64,000 bases of DNA, taken from NCBI GenBank assembly GCA_963850305.1, contig CAWKKR010000004.1:1-64000 (forward strand), given 5' to 3'. Positions 29,494 through 41,798 of the stretch are shown in pieces (the first letter of the stretch is position 1; every line of letters begins with the position of its first letter). The notes under the pieces were generated by a model. That model worked only from the letters and a program-made list of their open reading frames with translations. It did no database searches and had not been told where the DNA came from. The DNA comes from an uncultured delta proteobacterium. Lineage in GTDB: Bacteria; Myxococcota_A; Polyangia; Polyangiales; Polyangiaceae. A program made the position numbers and the translations under genes.

Positions 29494-31089
29494 ATGGGGA
29501 ACCGGACGGCGTGTCTGCATGGCGGACCATGGAGACCCCGGCAGGTCTTCGGCGTCATCGCGGTACTGGGAGTCCCGTTCGCGCTCGGAGGGTGCAAGGT
29601 CGGTCCGGATTTCAAGAGGCCGGAAGTCTCCCTTCCATCGGGCTGGCACGCCGCGAACGACCCGCGGTTCGTCGCAGAAACCGCCGCGGACGACCGCTGG
29701 TGGCGAGCCTTCAACGACACGAGTCTCGATCACCTGGTCGAGCTCGCCTACCGGCAGAACCTTCCTCTGCAGATCCAGGGCCTGCGGATCGTCGAGGCCC
29801 GTGCACAGCTCGGCGTCGTGACGGGCAAGGAGTTTCCGCAAAAGCAAGAACTGACCGCAAGCGGAACGGGCGTCGGATTGAGTCGGAGCGCCGCCAACGC
29901 GCTGCGGATCGACCGCAACTTCGTCTACTACCAGGTTGGATTCGACGCGGCGTGGGAGCTCGACCTCTGGGGCAAGTACGCGCGAGGTGCCGATGCGGCG
30001 TCCGCGGGTCTGCTCGCGTCGGTCGCCGATTATTACTCCGCGATCGTGTCGCTCACTGCAGAGGTCGCGCGCACTTACGTCGCCGTCCGGACGTTCGAGG
30101 TGCTCATCGGCCTCGCAGAGGACAACGCAAAACTGCAGGAGACGGGGCTCGCGATCGCCGAGTCGCGCTTCCGCAACGGCGCGACCTCGGAGCTCGATCC
30201 CACGCAGGCGAAGACGCAGCTCGAGAGCACGCGCGCCAGCATCCCGGCGCTCGAGACGAGTCTCGCGCAGGCGCGGGACGCGCTCTCCACGCTCCTCGGC
30301 CAGCCGCCGGGTAACGTCGACGCGCTGCTCACGGGTCCGAAAGGGATCCCGAAGGCGCCGGCGAAGGCCGCCGTCGGCGTGCCGGCGGAGATGCTCCGTC
30401 GCCGCCCGGACATCCGGAGCGCCGAGCTGATGGCCGCCGCGCAGTGCGCGCGCATCGGCATCGCAAAGGCCGAGCTCTACCCGAGCTTCTCGCTCGTGGG
30501 CACCATCGGTCTCCAGGCGACCAGCATCGGCGGCGCGCCGCACAATCCATTCTCGCCCGCGGGCATCTTCTTCACGGCGGGGCCGCAGATCAGCTGGCCG
30601 TTCTTCAACTACGGGCGGCTCGAGAACGCGGTGCGCGTCGAGGACGCTCGCTTCCAGGAGTTGCTCGTCGACTACCACGACACGGTGCTGAAGGCGGCCC
30701 GGGAGGTGGAGGACGCCATGACCGGCTTCCTCGGGACGGAGGAGTCGGTCGTGTTCGAACAGAACGCCGTCGTGGCGGCGCAGAGAGCCGTCCAGATCGC
30801 GACCTCCGAATATCAGGAGGGCGCCACGGACTTCCAGCGCGTGCTCGACGCGCAGCGTTCGTTGCTCGATCAGGAGAACAGCCTCGCCGAGACGAGCTCT
30901 TCCGTCGCGACGAACTGGATCGCTCTCTACAAGGCGCTCGGCGGAGGCTGGGAGCTCGCCGGCTCCGGACCCATCGTGACCGACGAGACGCAGAAGGAGA
31001 TGAAGGACCGGACCAACTGGGGCGACATGCTGTCGGAACCACGCGGACCGGAAAAACGGAAACCCGCAGTGGCGGGGGGGCGCAACTAG
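29494..31089 (+). CDS. NodT-family efflux outer membrane lipoprotein
   Basis: LGGCKVGPDF, WWRAFND..L..L, WELDLWGK, RRRPDIR.AE, LYKALGGGW. Confidence 0.92.
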   Translation: MGNRTACLHGGPWRPRQVFGVIAVLGVPFALGGCKVGPDFKRPEVSLPSGWHAANDPRFVAETAADDRWWRAFNDTSLDHLVELAYRQNLPLQIQGLRIVEARAQLGVVTGKEFPQKQELTASGTGVGLSRSAANALRIDRNFVYYQVGFDAAWELDLWGKYARGADAASAGLLASVADYYSAIVSLTAEVARTYVAVRTFEVLIGLAEDNAKLQETGLAIAESRFRNGATSELDPTQAKTQLESTRASIPALETSLAQARDALSTLLGQPPGNVDALLTGPKGIPKAPAKAAVGVPAEMLRRRPDIRSAELMAAAQCARIGIAKAELYPSFSLVGTIGLQATSIGGAPHNPFSPAGIFFTAGPQISWPFFNYGRLENAVRVEDARFQELLVDYHDTVLKAAREVEDAMTGFLGTEESVVFEQNAVVAAQRAVQIATSEYQEGATDFQRVLDAQRSLLDQENSLAETSSSVATNWIALYKALGGGWELAGSGPIVTDETQKEMKDRTNWGDMLSEPRGPEKRKPAVAGGRN

Positions 31090-31091
31090 CC

Positions 31092-32107
31092 ATGGCGGGG
31101 AAAATCTCGAAGCGCGCGCTCACGTGGAGCCTCGCCACGGCGGCCGTCGCCCTGGCGCTGTTCGTCGGCTTTCGGTACTGGAAGAGCAGGCAGTCGGCCC
31201 TTCCGGAGGGCATCGTCTCGGGCAACGGTCGGATCGAGGGCACGCTCATCGACGTCGCCGCGAAGGAACCGCTGCGGGTAAAGGAGATCCTGGTCGACGA
31301 AGGCGCGCTCGTGAAGCCGGGCCAGGTCCTCGTGCAACTCGACACCGTCACGCTCGATGCGCAGCTCGCCGCGGCCAACGCGAGTGTCGATGCGGCCACG
31401 GAGCGGCTTGCCGTCGCCAAGGCGGCCATCGTCAAGCAGAAGAGCGAGATCGAATCTCGCGGCGGTAGAGGCGGACCGTTCGCGCAAGCTCGTCCAGGAA
31501 GGAGCCGGCTCGCAGCGGGACCTGGACGTTCGCTCGACGAACCTCGACACGACCCGGGCGAGCCTCGCGGAAGCGGAGGCGAGCTTGAAGACTGCCACGC
31601 AAGGGGTCGAGGTCGCGCGCGCGAACGCCGCGACGATCCAGACGCGCATCGACGACGCGACGCTGAGATCACCGGTCACCGGAAGGGTCCTCTATCGCTT
31701 GGCCGAACCCGGGGAGGTCCTCGCCGCCGGGGGCAAGGCGCTGACGCTGGTGAACATGGAGGACATCTACATGGAGATCTTCCTGCCCTCCGACGAGGCG
31801 GCCGCGGTGAAGATCGGAGCGGACAGCAGGATCACCGTCGACTTCCAGCCGGGGCGACGCGGTGGCCGGAAATGTGAGCTTCGTGTCTCCGGAGGCGCAG
31901 TTCACGCCGAAGCAGGTGGAGACCGCGAGCGAGCGCGAGAAGCTCATGTTCCGCGTCAAGATCCAGCTGCCGAAGGAGGTGGCGGCGACCTACGCGGACC
32001 GCATCAAGACGGGGGTGCGCGGCGTCGGCTACGTGAAGGTGGATCCGTCCGCGATGTGGCCGACGCGGCTCCAGGATCTGGTCGCATCCGCGGACGAGCC
32101 TCGATGA
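31092..32107 (+). CDS. HlyD/YhiI-like membrane fusion protein (frameshifts near 31455 and 31860)
   Basis: [51 protein letters not shown] across three frames. Confidence 0.85.
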
Positions 32108-34916
32108 GCGGTCCATCGACCACGCCCGAAGGTCGTGCCACGTCTCCCGTCCGTCCGAGCCGCGAGCCCGTCGCGCGCATCGAAAAGGTGACGCATCGTT
32201 ACGGGAAGACCGTCGCCCTCGACGACCTCTACCTCGACGTTCCGGCAGGCATCATGGTCGGCATCATCGGGCCCGACGGCGTCGGAAAGTCGACTCTCAT
32301 GGCGCTCGTGGCGGGCTCGAAGAGGCTCCAGACCGGGAAGGTGACCGTGCTCGGCGGCGACATCGACGACGGACGCCACCGACGCGATCGTGGGCCCGCA
32401 GCATCGCTTACATGCCCCAGGGCCTCGGCAAGAATCTCTATCTCGAGCTCAGCGTCTACGACAACGTCGACTTCATGGCGCAGCTCTTCGGGCTCTCGGC
32501 CGCGGAGCGAAAGCGCCACATCCCCGAGCTGCTCGAGGCGACGGGGCTCGGTCCCTTCGCGGCCCGACCCGCCGGGAAGCTGTCCGGCGGGATGAAGCAG
32601 AAGGTGGGTCTCTGCGGCGCGCTCGTCCACGAACCGGATCTCTCGATCCTCGACGAGCCGACGACTGGAGTCGATCCGCTGTCGCGCCGGCAGTTCTGGG
32701 CGCTCGTTGCGAACATCCGCGCGGAGCGCCCGGGGATGAGCGTCGCGATCTCCACGGCCTATATGGACGAGGCGCAGGGATGGGACTTCATCATAGCGAT
32801 GGACGCGGGGCGCGTGCTCGCGACGGGGACGCCCGGGGAGCTCATGTCGCGAACGGCCACGGCGGATCTGGAGCATTGCTTCATCGCTCTTCTGCCGGAA
32901 GAGAAGCGCCGGGGGCACACCGAGCTCACGATCCCTCCGCGCGCCTCCGGCCAGGCGGAGATCGCCATCGAGGCCCACGGGCTCACGCGCCGCTTCGGCG
33001 CCTTCACGGCCGTCGATCAGGTCACCCTGTCGATCGAGCGCGGAGAGATCTTCGGGTTCCTCGGCTCGAACGGCTGCGGCAAATCGACGACGATGAAGAT
33101 GCTGACCGGGCTTCTGCCACCGACGGAAGGCACGGCGACGATCTTCGGCAGCTCGGTCGAAGCCGGGCAGCATGGAGGTCCGGAAGAGCCTCGGGTACAT
33201 GACGCAGGCGTTCTCGCTCTACGGCGAGCTCAGCGTGCGCCAGAACCTGGTCCTGCACACGCGCCTCTATCACCTGCCGAAGGACGCGGCCAAGGCGCGC
33301 ATCGAGGAGCTCGTTCGAACGGTTCGGGCTGGCAGCACACATCGACGCGCTTTCGGAATCGCTTCCGATGGGGCTCCGGCAGCGGCTCTCGCTCGCGGTC
33401 GCCGTCCTCCACGAGCCGCAGATCCTCATCCTCGACGAGCCGACGTCGGGTGTGGACCCCGTGGCGCGCGACAGCTTCTGGGAGCTGTTGATCGAGCTCT
33501 CGCGGAAGCAGGGCGTCACCATCTTCGTCACGACGCACTTCATGAACGAGGGCATGCGCTGCGACCGCATCTCCCTCATGAATGCGGGCAAGGTGCTGGC
33601 CTGCCGACACTCCTCGCGCGCTGATCGAGGAGCGCGGGGCCCAGACCCTGGAGGAAGCATTCATCGCGTACATGGAGGACTCCGCCGCCGAGGGCGCGTC
33701 GCGCAAGGCTCCCGCGAGCGTCGCAGCCGACGACCGCGCCTCGGAGAAGGCGTCGCACGATGCGCCCCCGGCGTCCGCGCTTCGTCGGCGGTTCGAGCGC
33801 ATGCGCGCCTACGCCCGCAACGAGACGCTGCAGATCCTCCGCGACCCGGTCCGGCTCGCCTTCGCGTTCGTCGGCTCGGCGCTCTTGATGCTCGTCTTCG
33901 GGTTCGGCATCACGACGGACGTCGAGCACATCCGCTACGCGTCGCTCGACCTCGACCAGTCGCCCGAGAGCCACATGTATCTCGATGAATTCGCGGGCGC
34001 CGAGCGGTACTTCTCCGCGAACTCCGCCCGCCCGCTCGGCGGACGAGGCGCTCGAGCGGCTCCAGTCGGACGACGTCTCGTTGGTCATCGAGATCCCACC
34101 TGCGTTCGGCAAGGACTTCCGTCGCGGCTCCGGGCCGGAGGTGCTCGCGCAGGTCGACGGCGCCATGACCTTCCGCGGCGACACCGTTGCGCAGTACGTG
34201 CAGGGGGTACACGCGACGGCCCTCGCGGACCCGGCGAGCGGCCTCCAGTCGGGCGTTCGTCCGCCGCACTCGGCCGACATCGAGGAACGGTACATGTACA
34301 ACCCCACGTTCGAGAGCGTCTACTCGATCGTGCCGAGCGTCCCGGCCCTGCTGCTGCTCCTGATACCGGCGATCCTCATGACGGTGAGCATCGTTCGCGA
34401 GAAGGAGCTCGGGTCGATCATCAACTTCTACGTCACGCCGACGGGCAGGCTCGAATACCTCGCTCGGCAAGCAGCTCCCCTACGTCGCGATCGGGATGAT
34501 GAACTTCTTCATCCTGACGGCGCTGGCGTTGCTCGTCTTCCAGGTGCCCATCAAGGGGAGCTTCTGGATGCTGACGCTCTGCACGCTCCTCTACGTCACG
34601 GCGACGACCGGGATCGGCATGATGACCTCGACCTTCACGAGCAGCCAGGTGGCGGCCGTGTTCGTCACGGCGATCCTCACCATCGTGCCGACCATCCAGT
34701 TCTCCGGTCTCCTCCAGCCCGTCTCGACGCTCCAGGGGAACGCCGGATTCGTCGGGGTCGATCTGGCCCGCTTCCTACTACATGCACGCGAGTCTGGGCG
34801 CGTACACGAAGGGTCTGGGGCCGCGGCTCATGCTCGGGGACGTCGGATTCCTCTCGGCATGCATCCCCGTGTTCCTCGCGGTGAGCGTCTTCGGGCTCCG
34901 GAAGCAGGAACGCTAG
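32104..34916 (+). CDS. rbbA: RbbA-like dual ABC ATPase-permease fusion (multiple frameshifts)
   Basis: [60 protein letters not shown] across several frames. Confidence 0.85.
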
Positions 34917-34918
34917 CC

Positions 34919-36049
34919 GTGACGTCGCTCGAGAACATCCTGTGGCTCGGCCTCAAGGAGCTCCGCAGCTTGCTCGGCGACGTGGTGATGGTCGCGTTCG
35001 TCGTGTACGCGTTCACGCTCGCCATCTACATCCAGGCGACGGGCACCTCGAGCGAGGTCAACAACGCATCGATCGCGTTCGTGGACGAGGACGGCTCCGC
35101 CCTCTCGAAGGAGCTCTTCAACGCGTTCTATCCGCCCCGCTTCAAGCTCCCCGAGGAGCTCGGACCGGAGAAGGCGCAGCACGAGATGGACGCCGGGCAC
35201 CTCATGTTCGTCGTCGTCATCCCCCCGCGATTCGAGCACGACCTGCGCGCGGGGCGTAACCCGGCCATCCAGGTCAACATCGACGCGACCGCCATGCAGC
35301 AGGCCAGCATCGGCGCGGGTTACATCAGGAACATCATCAAGGATCGCGTCGAAATCCTTCATCGGACGGACGGAGGAGACTCCGCCCGAGAGCCGATCAA
35401 CCTCGTCATCCGGAAGAGGTTCAACCCGAACGGGCGTCTCCTCGTGGTTCAAGAGCGTGGTGGCGCTCATCAATCAGATCACCCTCCTCACCGTAGTGCT
35501 CACCGGCGCCGCGGTGATCCGCGAACGGGAACACGGCACGCTCGAGCACTTGCTCGTCATGCCGCTCACGGCGTTCGAGATCGCGATGGCCAAGGTGTGG
35601 GCCAACGGCTTCGTGATCCTCGTCGCGACGGCGGCATCGCTCCTCCTGATCGTCGAGGCTGGCGCTGAAAGTGCCCTTCGCCGGATCGATGACCCTGTGG
35701 TTCGCCGGGGTCGTCCTCTACCTGTTCTTCGCGACTGCGCTCGGGATCTTTCTCGGGACCATCTCGCGGTCGATGGCGCAGTTCGCGCTCCTCATCATCC
35801 TCGTGATCGTCGTCCTGATGCTGCTATCGGGCGGAAGCACCCCGGTGGAGAGTCAGCCGAAATGGCTGCAGTACGCCACTTATCTCCTCCCCGCGCGCCA
35901 CTTCGTGAGCTTCTCGCAGATCATCATCTACCGCGGAGGCGGCCTCGACGCCGTCTGGCTGCACTTCCTGATGGTCACGGCGATCGGCCTCGTCTTCTTC
36001 GTCTACAGTCTGATCGCTGTTCCGCAAGTCCATCGCCGTGACGAAGTAG
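34919..36049 (+). CDS. ABC-2 permease, YhhJ-like (frameshifts)
   Basis: WLGLKELRSL, QVNIDATAM, IREREHGTLEHLLVMP, LSGGSTP.ES.P. Confidence 0.82.
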
Positions 36050-36104
36050 TCGCCGCCGACGATGAGCGGTCTGGGGGAGGTCGCACGCTCATCCGCGCGA
36101 GACG

Positions 36105-36923
36105 TCAGGCGCGCGGCAGCACGAAGCGCTCCACGGCGTTCGCGAAGCCCTCCTCCGAGTACGAGGTGGTGACGAAATCCGCTTCCCGCTGGACCTCGGG
36201 GCTCGCGTTGCCCATCGCGATGCTGAGCCCACCCTTCTCGAACATGAGCACGTCGTTCGATTGATCTCCGATCGTCGCGATCCGCTCGGTCGAAACGTGG
36301 AGGTATCGCGCGAGCCGCTCGACGACCGCGCCCTTGTTGGCGTCGGGATGCGTCACGTCGACGTAATGGGGCTGGGACCGGGCCGCGGAGGCGCGGGGGC
36401 CGAACCTTTCCTGTAGATGCCGTTCGCAGCGCGCCACGGCGGCGTGGTCCAGGCTGACGCCGACAATCTTGACCGCCCGATCGAGCACCGGCTCGTAGCT
36501 CGTCACGACGACCGGGGGCAGCTTCAGCGTGGACGTCTCTCGGTCGACCCGCGCCCCGCGAGGGTGTTGGACGTACCAGTCCGTCGCGCCGAAGATCCAG
36601 ACATCGAGGCCGTCCGCGGTGATCGCCTCCAGTACTTCTCGCGCGAGCGCGACCGGGAGCCGCTTCTCGTCGACGATGGACAGATCAGGGAGCACGATGA
36701 TCCCCCCGTTGAACGCGGCCATGGCCGTATTCAGCCCGAGCGGCTCGACGAGCATGCGGAGGCCACGCGGGGGGCGCCCGCTCGTTAGGCAGAACGTGAC
36801 GTGGCGCTCGCGGAGGTGCTCGACGGCCTCGAGCGTCCGCGGCGTCAGCATCTTTTCGGGTGTGACCAGCGTCCCATCGACGTCCGCGAGCAGCGCGGCA
36901 ATCCCGTCCGGGTCGTGCAGCAT
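36105..36923 (-). CDS. Cof-type HAD-IIB hydrolase
   Basis: DVDGTL, TSGRP, NKG, IGDQSNDVLM, AMGNA. Confidence 0.92.
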   Translation of the reverse strand: MLHDPDGIAALLADVDGTLVTPEKMLTPRTLEAVEHLRERHVTFCLTSGRPPRGLRMLVEPLGLNTAMAAFNGGIIVLPDLSIVDEKRLPVALAREVLEAITADGLDVWIFGATDWYVQHPRGARVDRETSTLKLPPVVVTSYEPVLDRAVKIVGVSLDHAAVARCERHLQERFGPRASAARSQPHYVDVTHPDANKGAVVERLARYLHVSTERIATIGDQSNDVLMFEKGGLSIAMGNASPEVQREADFVTTSYSEEGFANAVERFVLPRA

Positions 36924-36928
36924 CGTGT

Positions 36929-37969
36929 TCACCTCACTTGATCGCGGCTCTGCTTTTCGAGGGCCTCCGTGTAAGCACCTCGCGCGGCGAACCCGTTGCA
37001 CTTCGCGCGGTGAAGGAACTCTCGCTGCGCCGCCTCGACGTTCGCAAACCCGCCTCGCCAAGTCGCCAGCGCGGCGTCCTGCAAGGCCCGGCCGTACGAG
37101 AAGCTCAGCTTCCAGGGCTTCGGCCCCCCGGCGCGATTGATCGCGTCGAGGTGGCGCGTCGCCTCGATGTCGTTCTGGCCGCCGGAAAGGAAGACGACAC
37201 CGGGCACCGCCGCCGGCACGTGGCGGCGCAGGCAGCGGAGCGTGGCCGTCGCGACCTCGGCGTCGCTCGACTGCCGCGGACATGCAACGCCGGACACGAC
37301 CATGTTCGGCTTGAGCAGCATCCCCTCGAACGACACGTCCTGCTCCGCGAGCGCCTCGAAGACGGTGTGCAGCACCGCATCCGTCACCTCCTCGCAGCGC
37401 TCGATCGTGTGGGAGCCGTCCATCAGCACCTCGGGCTCGACGACGGGAACGACGTCCTGCTCCTGACAGAGGGCCGCGTACCGCGCGAGCGCGTCGGCGT
37501 TCGCGACGACGCAGGCCGCGCTCGGCCGCGAATCGCCGACTTCGATCACGGCACGCCACTTGGCGAAGCGCGCGCCGAGCCGGCGGTAGTCGACAATCCG
37601 TTCGCGCAGGCCGTCGAGCCCCTCGGTCACGTGCTCTGCCGTGTGACCGGCGAGCGGCTTCGCCCCGGTGTCCACCTTGATCCCCGCGACCATGCCGAGA
37701 TCGTCGCAGACACGGGCGAACGGCTCGCCGTCGTCCGAAAACTGATGGATCGTCTCGTCCTGCAAGATCACGCCCGCGATGAACTCCGCGGCGCCCGGCG
37801 TCGTGAGGAGGATCTCGCGGTATTCGCGACGGCTCTCCGGGTTCGAGGCGACCTCGAGCGAATCAAAGCGCCTGGTCAGGGTCCCTGGCGTCTCGTCCGC
37901 GGCGAGGAGCCCCCTGGCGTTCGAGACCAGGCGAGCGGCGGTGTCGGTGAGGGTCGATGATGGATTCAT
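36929..37969 (-). CDS. Class I fructose-bisphosphate aldolase
   Basis: GLLAADE, GIKVD.G, FAKWR, VEPEVL.DG.H, LLKPNM, FLSGGQ, FSYGRALQ. Confidence 0.95.
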   Translation of the reverse strand: MNPSSTLTDTAARLVSNARGLLAADETPGTLTRRFDSLEVASNPESRREYREILLTTPGAAEFIAGVILQDETIHQFSDDGEPFARVCDDLGMVAGIKVDTGAKPLAGHTAEHVTEGLDGLRERIVDYRRLGARFAKWRAVIEVGDSRPSAACVVANADALARYAALCQEQDVVPVVEPEVLMDGSHTIERCEEVTDAVLHTVFEALAEQDVSFEGMLLKPNMVVSGVACPRQSSDAEVATATLRCLRRHVPAAVPGVVFLSGGQNDIEATRHLDAINRAGGPKPWKLSFSYGRALQDAALATWRGGFANVEAAQREFLHRAKCNGFAARGAYTEALEKQSRDQVR

Positions 37970-39165
37970 GGTCTTGCCTCGATCACTTGGACGACCTGAG
38001 AGAGCATCGCGAGATCTTCGCGGGTCGCGATCACGAGGATCCGTGCCGGGCTTCCGCTCCGCGCGAGGTCCGCGTCCGGTCGACAGCGGGCATTCGCGTC
38101 CTCGTCGAGCTCGAGCCCCACGCACTCGAGTCCGCGGCACGCTGCCCTGCGGATCTCGGCCGCGTTCTCGCCGACCCCGGCGGTGAAGACGAGCGCGTCC
38201 AGACCGCCGAGCGTCACCGCGAGCGCACCGACGGCGGCGCGCACCCGGTGCGTGTACACGTCCACGGCGAGACGCGCGCCTTCGTGGCCGTCGCGTGCCG
38301 CCGCGAGGACCTCGCGCATGTCGGCCGAGATCCCCGACACGCCGAGCAGGCCGCAGCGACGGTTGAGCACGTCCTCGATCGCCGGCGCGTCGAGACCGTG
38401 GCGGAGCTGGACGTGGGTGATGACGCCCGGATCGACGGAACCGCTCCTCGTCGCCATCATCAGGCCATCGAGCGGGGTAAATCCCATCGTCGTGTCGATC
38501 GAGCGACCGTGCAGCACGGCCGTGGCCGAGCAGCCGTGCCCCAGGTGACAGATGACGAGTCTGAGCTCGCAGAGGGGCTTCGAGAGCATCTCGGCGGCCC
38601 GCGCCGAACAGTACGCGTAGCTCAGGCCGTGGAACCCGTATCGCCGGATCCCCCAGCCCTCCGTCCACTCGCGCGGAACGGCAAAGGTGCGGGCCGAGAG
38701 CGGCAACGTCGCGTGGAATTCCGTGTCGAAGAGGGCCACCTGCGGAACGCCCGGGAGGCTGGCTTCGGCCGCTTCGAGCGTCTCCAGGCCCGGCGGATTG
38801 TGGAGCGGCGCGAGTTCGGCGAGCGCCGCGATGCGGCCGCGTACGTCGCCCGTGATGCGGACCGGCGCGGTGAAATCACCGCCGTGCACGATCCGATGTC
38901 CCACAGCAATCGGCGGCCACTCGGCAGCCGCGGAGGCGTCCCGTCTCGCGCGAGAGAGATCGCCCAGCGCGCGCCGGACGGCATCGCCGTGACCGCGCCA
39001 TGCGACCCGCTCGGAGACGCGTTCGAGGCCGGCTCCGGAGCATTCGTAGCGCGTCACGGGTCCCGCCCAATCTGTCGCAGCGCGCGCGATGACGGCGCGA
39101 TCGGCGGAGTCCATGAACGTACACCTCAGACTGCTCGACCCGGCATTCAGTAAGAGGATCTTCAT
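37966..39165 (-). CDS. ackA: Acetate/propionate kinase
   Basis: LNAGSSS, GHRIVHGG, APLHNP, RRYGFHG, HLG.G.S, MGFTPLDG, FTAGVGEN. Confidence 0.95.
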   Translation of the reverse strand: MKILLLNAGSSSLRCTFMDSADRAVIARAATDWAGPVTRYECSGAGLERVSERVAWRGHGDAVRRALGDLSRARRDASAAAEWPPIAVGHRIVHGGDFTAPVRITGDVRGRIAALAELAPLHNPPGLETLEAAEASLPGVPQVALFDTEFHATLPLSARTFAVPREWTEGWGIRRYGFHGLSYAYCSARAAEMLSKPLCELRLVICHLGHGCSATAVLHGRSIDTTMGFTPLDGLMMATRSGSVDPGVITHVQLRHGLDAPAIEDVLNRRCGLLGVSGISADMREVLAAARDGHEGARLAVDVYTHRVRAAVGALAVTLGGLDALVFTAGVGENAAEIRRAACRGLECVGLELDEDANARCRPDADLARSGSPARILVIATREDLAMLSQVVQVIEARP

Positions 39166-39173
39166 GGCGCTCC

Positions 39174-41642
39174 TCAGACGTTGTCGCCTTCCGTCGATGT
39201 CGCTCGCCGCTGGAGGCCGCCCGAATCGCCAGCGTCGTGCCACCGCCACCCGGTGATATCGGGCATGTCTTCCCCATGCTCCTCGATGTACTGCCGGTGC
39301 TCGATCAGACGATCGCGGATAGCCTGTCGGAAATACGCGGCGCGCGCACCGAGCTTCGGCAGTCGATCGACGACGTCCTCCGCGAGGTGGTAGCGGTCCA
39401 TGTCGTTCCGGACCACCATGTCGAACGGCGTCGTCGTCGTGCCCTCCTCCTTGTAACCGCGCACGTGGAGGCCGGCGTGGTTGGTGCGCCGGTACGTGAG
39501 ACGGTGGATGAGCCAGGGGTAGCCGTGGAACGCGAAGATGATGGGCTTGTCCGTCGTGAACAGACCGTCGAACTCGCGATCGGACAGGCCGTGCGGATGT
39601 TCTTCCTGGGGCTGAAGTCGCGTGAGGTCGACCACGTTGACGACCCTCACCTTGAGCTCCGGCAGGTGCCGGCGAAGGAGCGACACGGCCGCGAGCGTTT
39701 CGAGCGTTGGCACGTCTCCGCAGCACGCCATCACCACGTCCGGCTCGCTGCCCTGGTCGTTGCTCGCGAAGGCCCAGATCCCGATCCCGGCGGTACAGTG
39801 CTTGATGGCCTGATCCATCGTGAGCCACTGCGGAGCCGGCTGCTTGCCGGCAATGACGACGTTCACGTAGTTCCGACTCCGGAGGCAGTGATCCGTCACC
39901 GATAGCAGCGTGTTCGCGTCCGGCGGCAGATAGACCCGGACCACCTCGGGCTTCTTGTTCACCACGTGATCGATGAAGCCCGGATCCTGGTGACTGAACC
40001 CGTTGTGGTCCTGACGCCACACGTGGGAGCTCAAGAGGTAGTTGAGCGAGGCGATCGGTCTCCGCCACGGGATGTGGTTACACACCTTCAGCCACTTGGC
40101 GTGCTGGTTGAACATGGAATCGATGATGTGGATGAAAGCCTCGTAGCAGCTGAAGAAGCCGTGTCGTCCGGTGAGCAGGTACCCTTCGAGCCATCCCTGG
40201 CACTGATGTTCGGAGAGCACTTCCATCACGCGGCCGTCCGGCGCGAGGTGATCGTCTTCCGGGAAGATCTCCGCTTCGTAGCTCCGATTCGTGACCTCGA
40301 GGACGTCCTGCCAGCGGTTCGAATTGTTCTCGTCCGGGCTGAACAACCGGAAGTTCTGGTGGTCGAGGTTGAGTTTCATCACGTCGCGCAAGAACTTCCC
40401 CTGAACGCGCGTCGACTCCGCGTCCGTGGCTCCGGGAACCGCGACGTCGACGGCGTAGTCGCGGAAGTCCGGAAGGCGCAGATCCCTGAGCAGGAGCCCC
40501 CCGTTCGCGTGTGGGTTCGCGCTCATGCGCCGCGCCCCCCGTGGAGGGAGCTCGGCGAGCTCCGGCTCGAGGCGGCCCGTCGCGTCGAAGAGCTCCTCGG
40601 GGCGATAGCTCTGCATCCAGTGCTCGAGGATGCGGATGTGCTCGGGCTTGTCCATGTCGCCCATGGGCACCTGGTGACTGCGCCAGTATCCCTCGCATAG
40701 CTTGCCGTCGATCTCACGCGGACACGTCCACCCCTTCGGCGTACGAAGGACGATCATGGGCCAGGTGGGGCGCTCGGTGTGCCCGCGCTCACGCGCTACC
40801 TCTCTGATCCGGTGGATGTCCGCGACGACGCTCTCCAGCGTCTCGGCCATCAGCCGGTGCATCGCTTTGGGCTCGTGCCCCTCGACGAAATACGGACGAT
40901 AACCGTACCCCTCGAAGAGCTTCTGTAGCTCCTCCTTCGGGATGCGCGCGAGGTAGCAGGGGTTCGCGATCTTGTAGCCGTTCAGGTGCAAGATGGGCAG
41001 GACGCACCCGTCGCGAGCCGGGTTCAAAAACTTGTTGCCGTGCCAGCCCGTCGCGAGAGGCCCGGTCTCGGCCTCGCCGTCGCCGACGACGCACGCGACG
41101 ATCAGATCTGGATTGTCGAACGCGGCCCCGAACGCGTGAGACAGGGAGTAGCCGAGCTCGCCTCCCTCGTGGATCGATCCCGGAGTCTCGGGCGCGACGT
41201 GGCTCGGGATGCCGCCGGGAAAGCTGAACTGCTTGAAGAGACGTCGCATCCCATCTTCGTCCTCCGTGATGTTCGGATACACCTCACTGTAGGTGCCCTC
41301 GAGGTACGCGTTCGCGACGAGTGCCGGGCCTCCGTGCCCTGGGCCCGTCACGAAGATCATGTCGAGGTCGTGCTTCTCGATGACGCGGTTCAGGTGCACG
41401 TAGACGAAGTTCAACCCGGGCGTCGTGCCCCAGTGCCCGAGCAAGCGGGGCTTGATGTGCTCACGCGAAAGCGGCTTCCGGAGCAGCGGATTATCGAGGA
41501 GGTAGATCTGCCCGACGGAGAGGTAGTTGGCGGCCCGCCAATATGCGTCGATCTTCGCGAGCTCGGTCTCCGGGAGGGAACGGGAGCCTTGCCCCACGAA
41601 GGAAGGCTCTCTCGAAATCTTCTGGACGGTGCTTGTCGTCAT
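39174..41642 (-). CDS. xfp: Phosphoketolase (XFP)
   Basis: [48 protein letters not shown]. Confidence 0.97.
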   Translation of the reverse strand: MTTSTVQKISREPSFVGQGSRSLPETELAKIDAYWRAANYLSVGQIYLLDNPLLRKPLSREHIKPRLLGHWGTTPGLNFVYVHLNRVIEKHDLDMIFVTGPGHGGPALVANAYLEGTYSEVYPNITEDEDGMRRLFKQFSFPGGIPSHVAPETPGSIHEGGELGYSLSHAFGAAFDNPDLIVACVVGDGEAETGPLATGWHGNKFLNPARDGCVLPILHLNGYKIANPCYLARIPKEELQKLFEGYGYRPYFVEGHEPKAMHRLMAETLESVVADIHRIREVARERGHTERPTWPMIVLRTPKGWTCPREIDGKLCEGYWRSHQVPMGDMDKPEHIRILEHWMQSYRPEELFDATGRLEPELAELPPRGARRMSANPHANGGLLLRDLRLPDFRDYAVDVAVPGATDAESTRVQGKFLRDVMKLNLDHQNFRLFSPDENNSNRWQDVLEVTNRSYEAEIFPEDDHLAPDGRVMEVLSEHQCQGWLEGYLLTGRHGFFSCYEAFIHIIDSMFNQHAKWLKVCNHIPWRRPIASLNYLLSSHVWRQDHNGFSHQDPGFIDHVVNKKPEVVRVYLPPDANTLLSVTDHCLRSRNYVNVVIAGKQPAPQWLTMDQAIKHCTAGIGIWAFASNDQGSEPDVVMACCGDVPTLETLAAVSLLRRHLPELKVRVVNVVDLTRLQPQEEHPHGLSDREFDGLFTTDKPIIFAFHGYPWLIHRLTYRRTNHAGLHVRGYKEEGTTTTPFDMVVRNDMDRYHLAEDVVDRLPKLGARAAYFRQAIRDRLIEHRQYIEEHGEDMPDITGWRWHDAGDSGGLQRRATSTEGDNV

Positions 41643-41679
41643 GGATCCTCTGGGTTGGAGTGAGCGCTGCTATGCGTCG

Positions 41680-41695
41680 TGCAAGGCGCGTGCCC
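41680..41695 (-). promoter_or_regulatory. sigma-54 promoter for the xfp operon
   Basis: GGGCAC-GCGCC-TTGCA on the minus strand, 38 bp upstream of the xfp ATG. Confidence 0.65.
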
Positions 41696-41769
41696 TCGAG
41701 AGACCGCGCGTTCGCGGCTCTTGCAGGTCGGTCGTCCGCCAGCGGACTCGTCCTCGCACGAACCAAAAC

Positions 41770-41785
41770 GGGCATGGGAGATGCT
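41770..41785 (+). promoter_or_regulatory. Possible sigma-54 promoter for the GH15 gene
   Basis: GGGCAT-GGGAG-ATGCT with GG-N10-GC spacing. Confidence 0.4.
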
Positions 41786-41798
41786 TCGACGATGACCC

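Noticed and set aside
31092..36049. Programmed frameshifting or phase variation in the efflux operon
   Set aside because: Too many indels and no consistent slippery or repeat tracts; error or decay is simpler
36105..40068. Long ORF-track versions of HAD, aldolase and ackA suggesting fusions
   Set aside because: Extensions are off-frame overlaps with the upstream genes; family N-termini begin at 36923, 37969 and 39165
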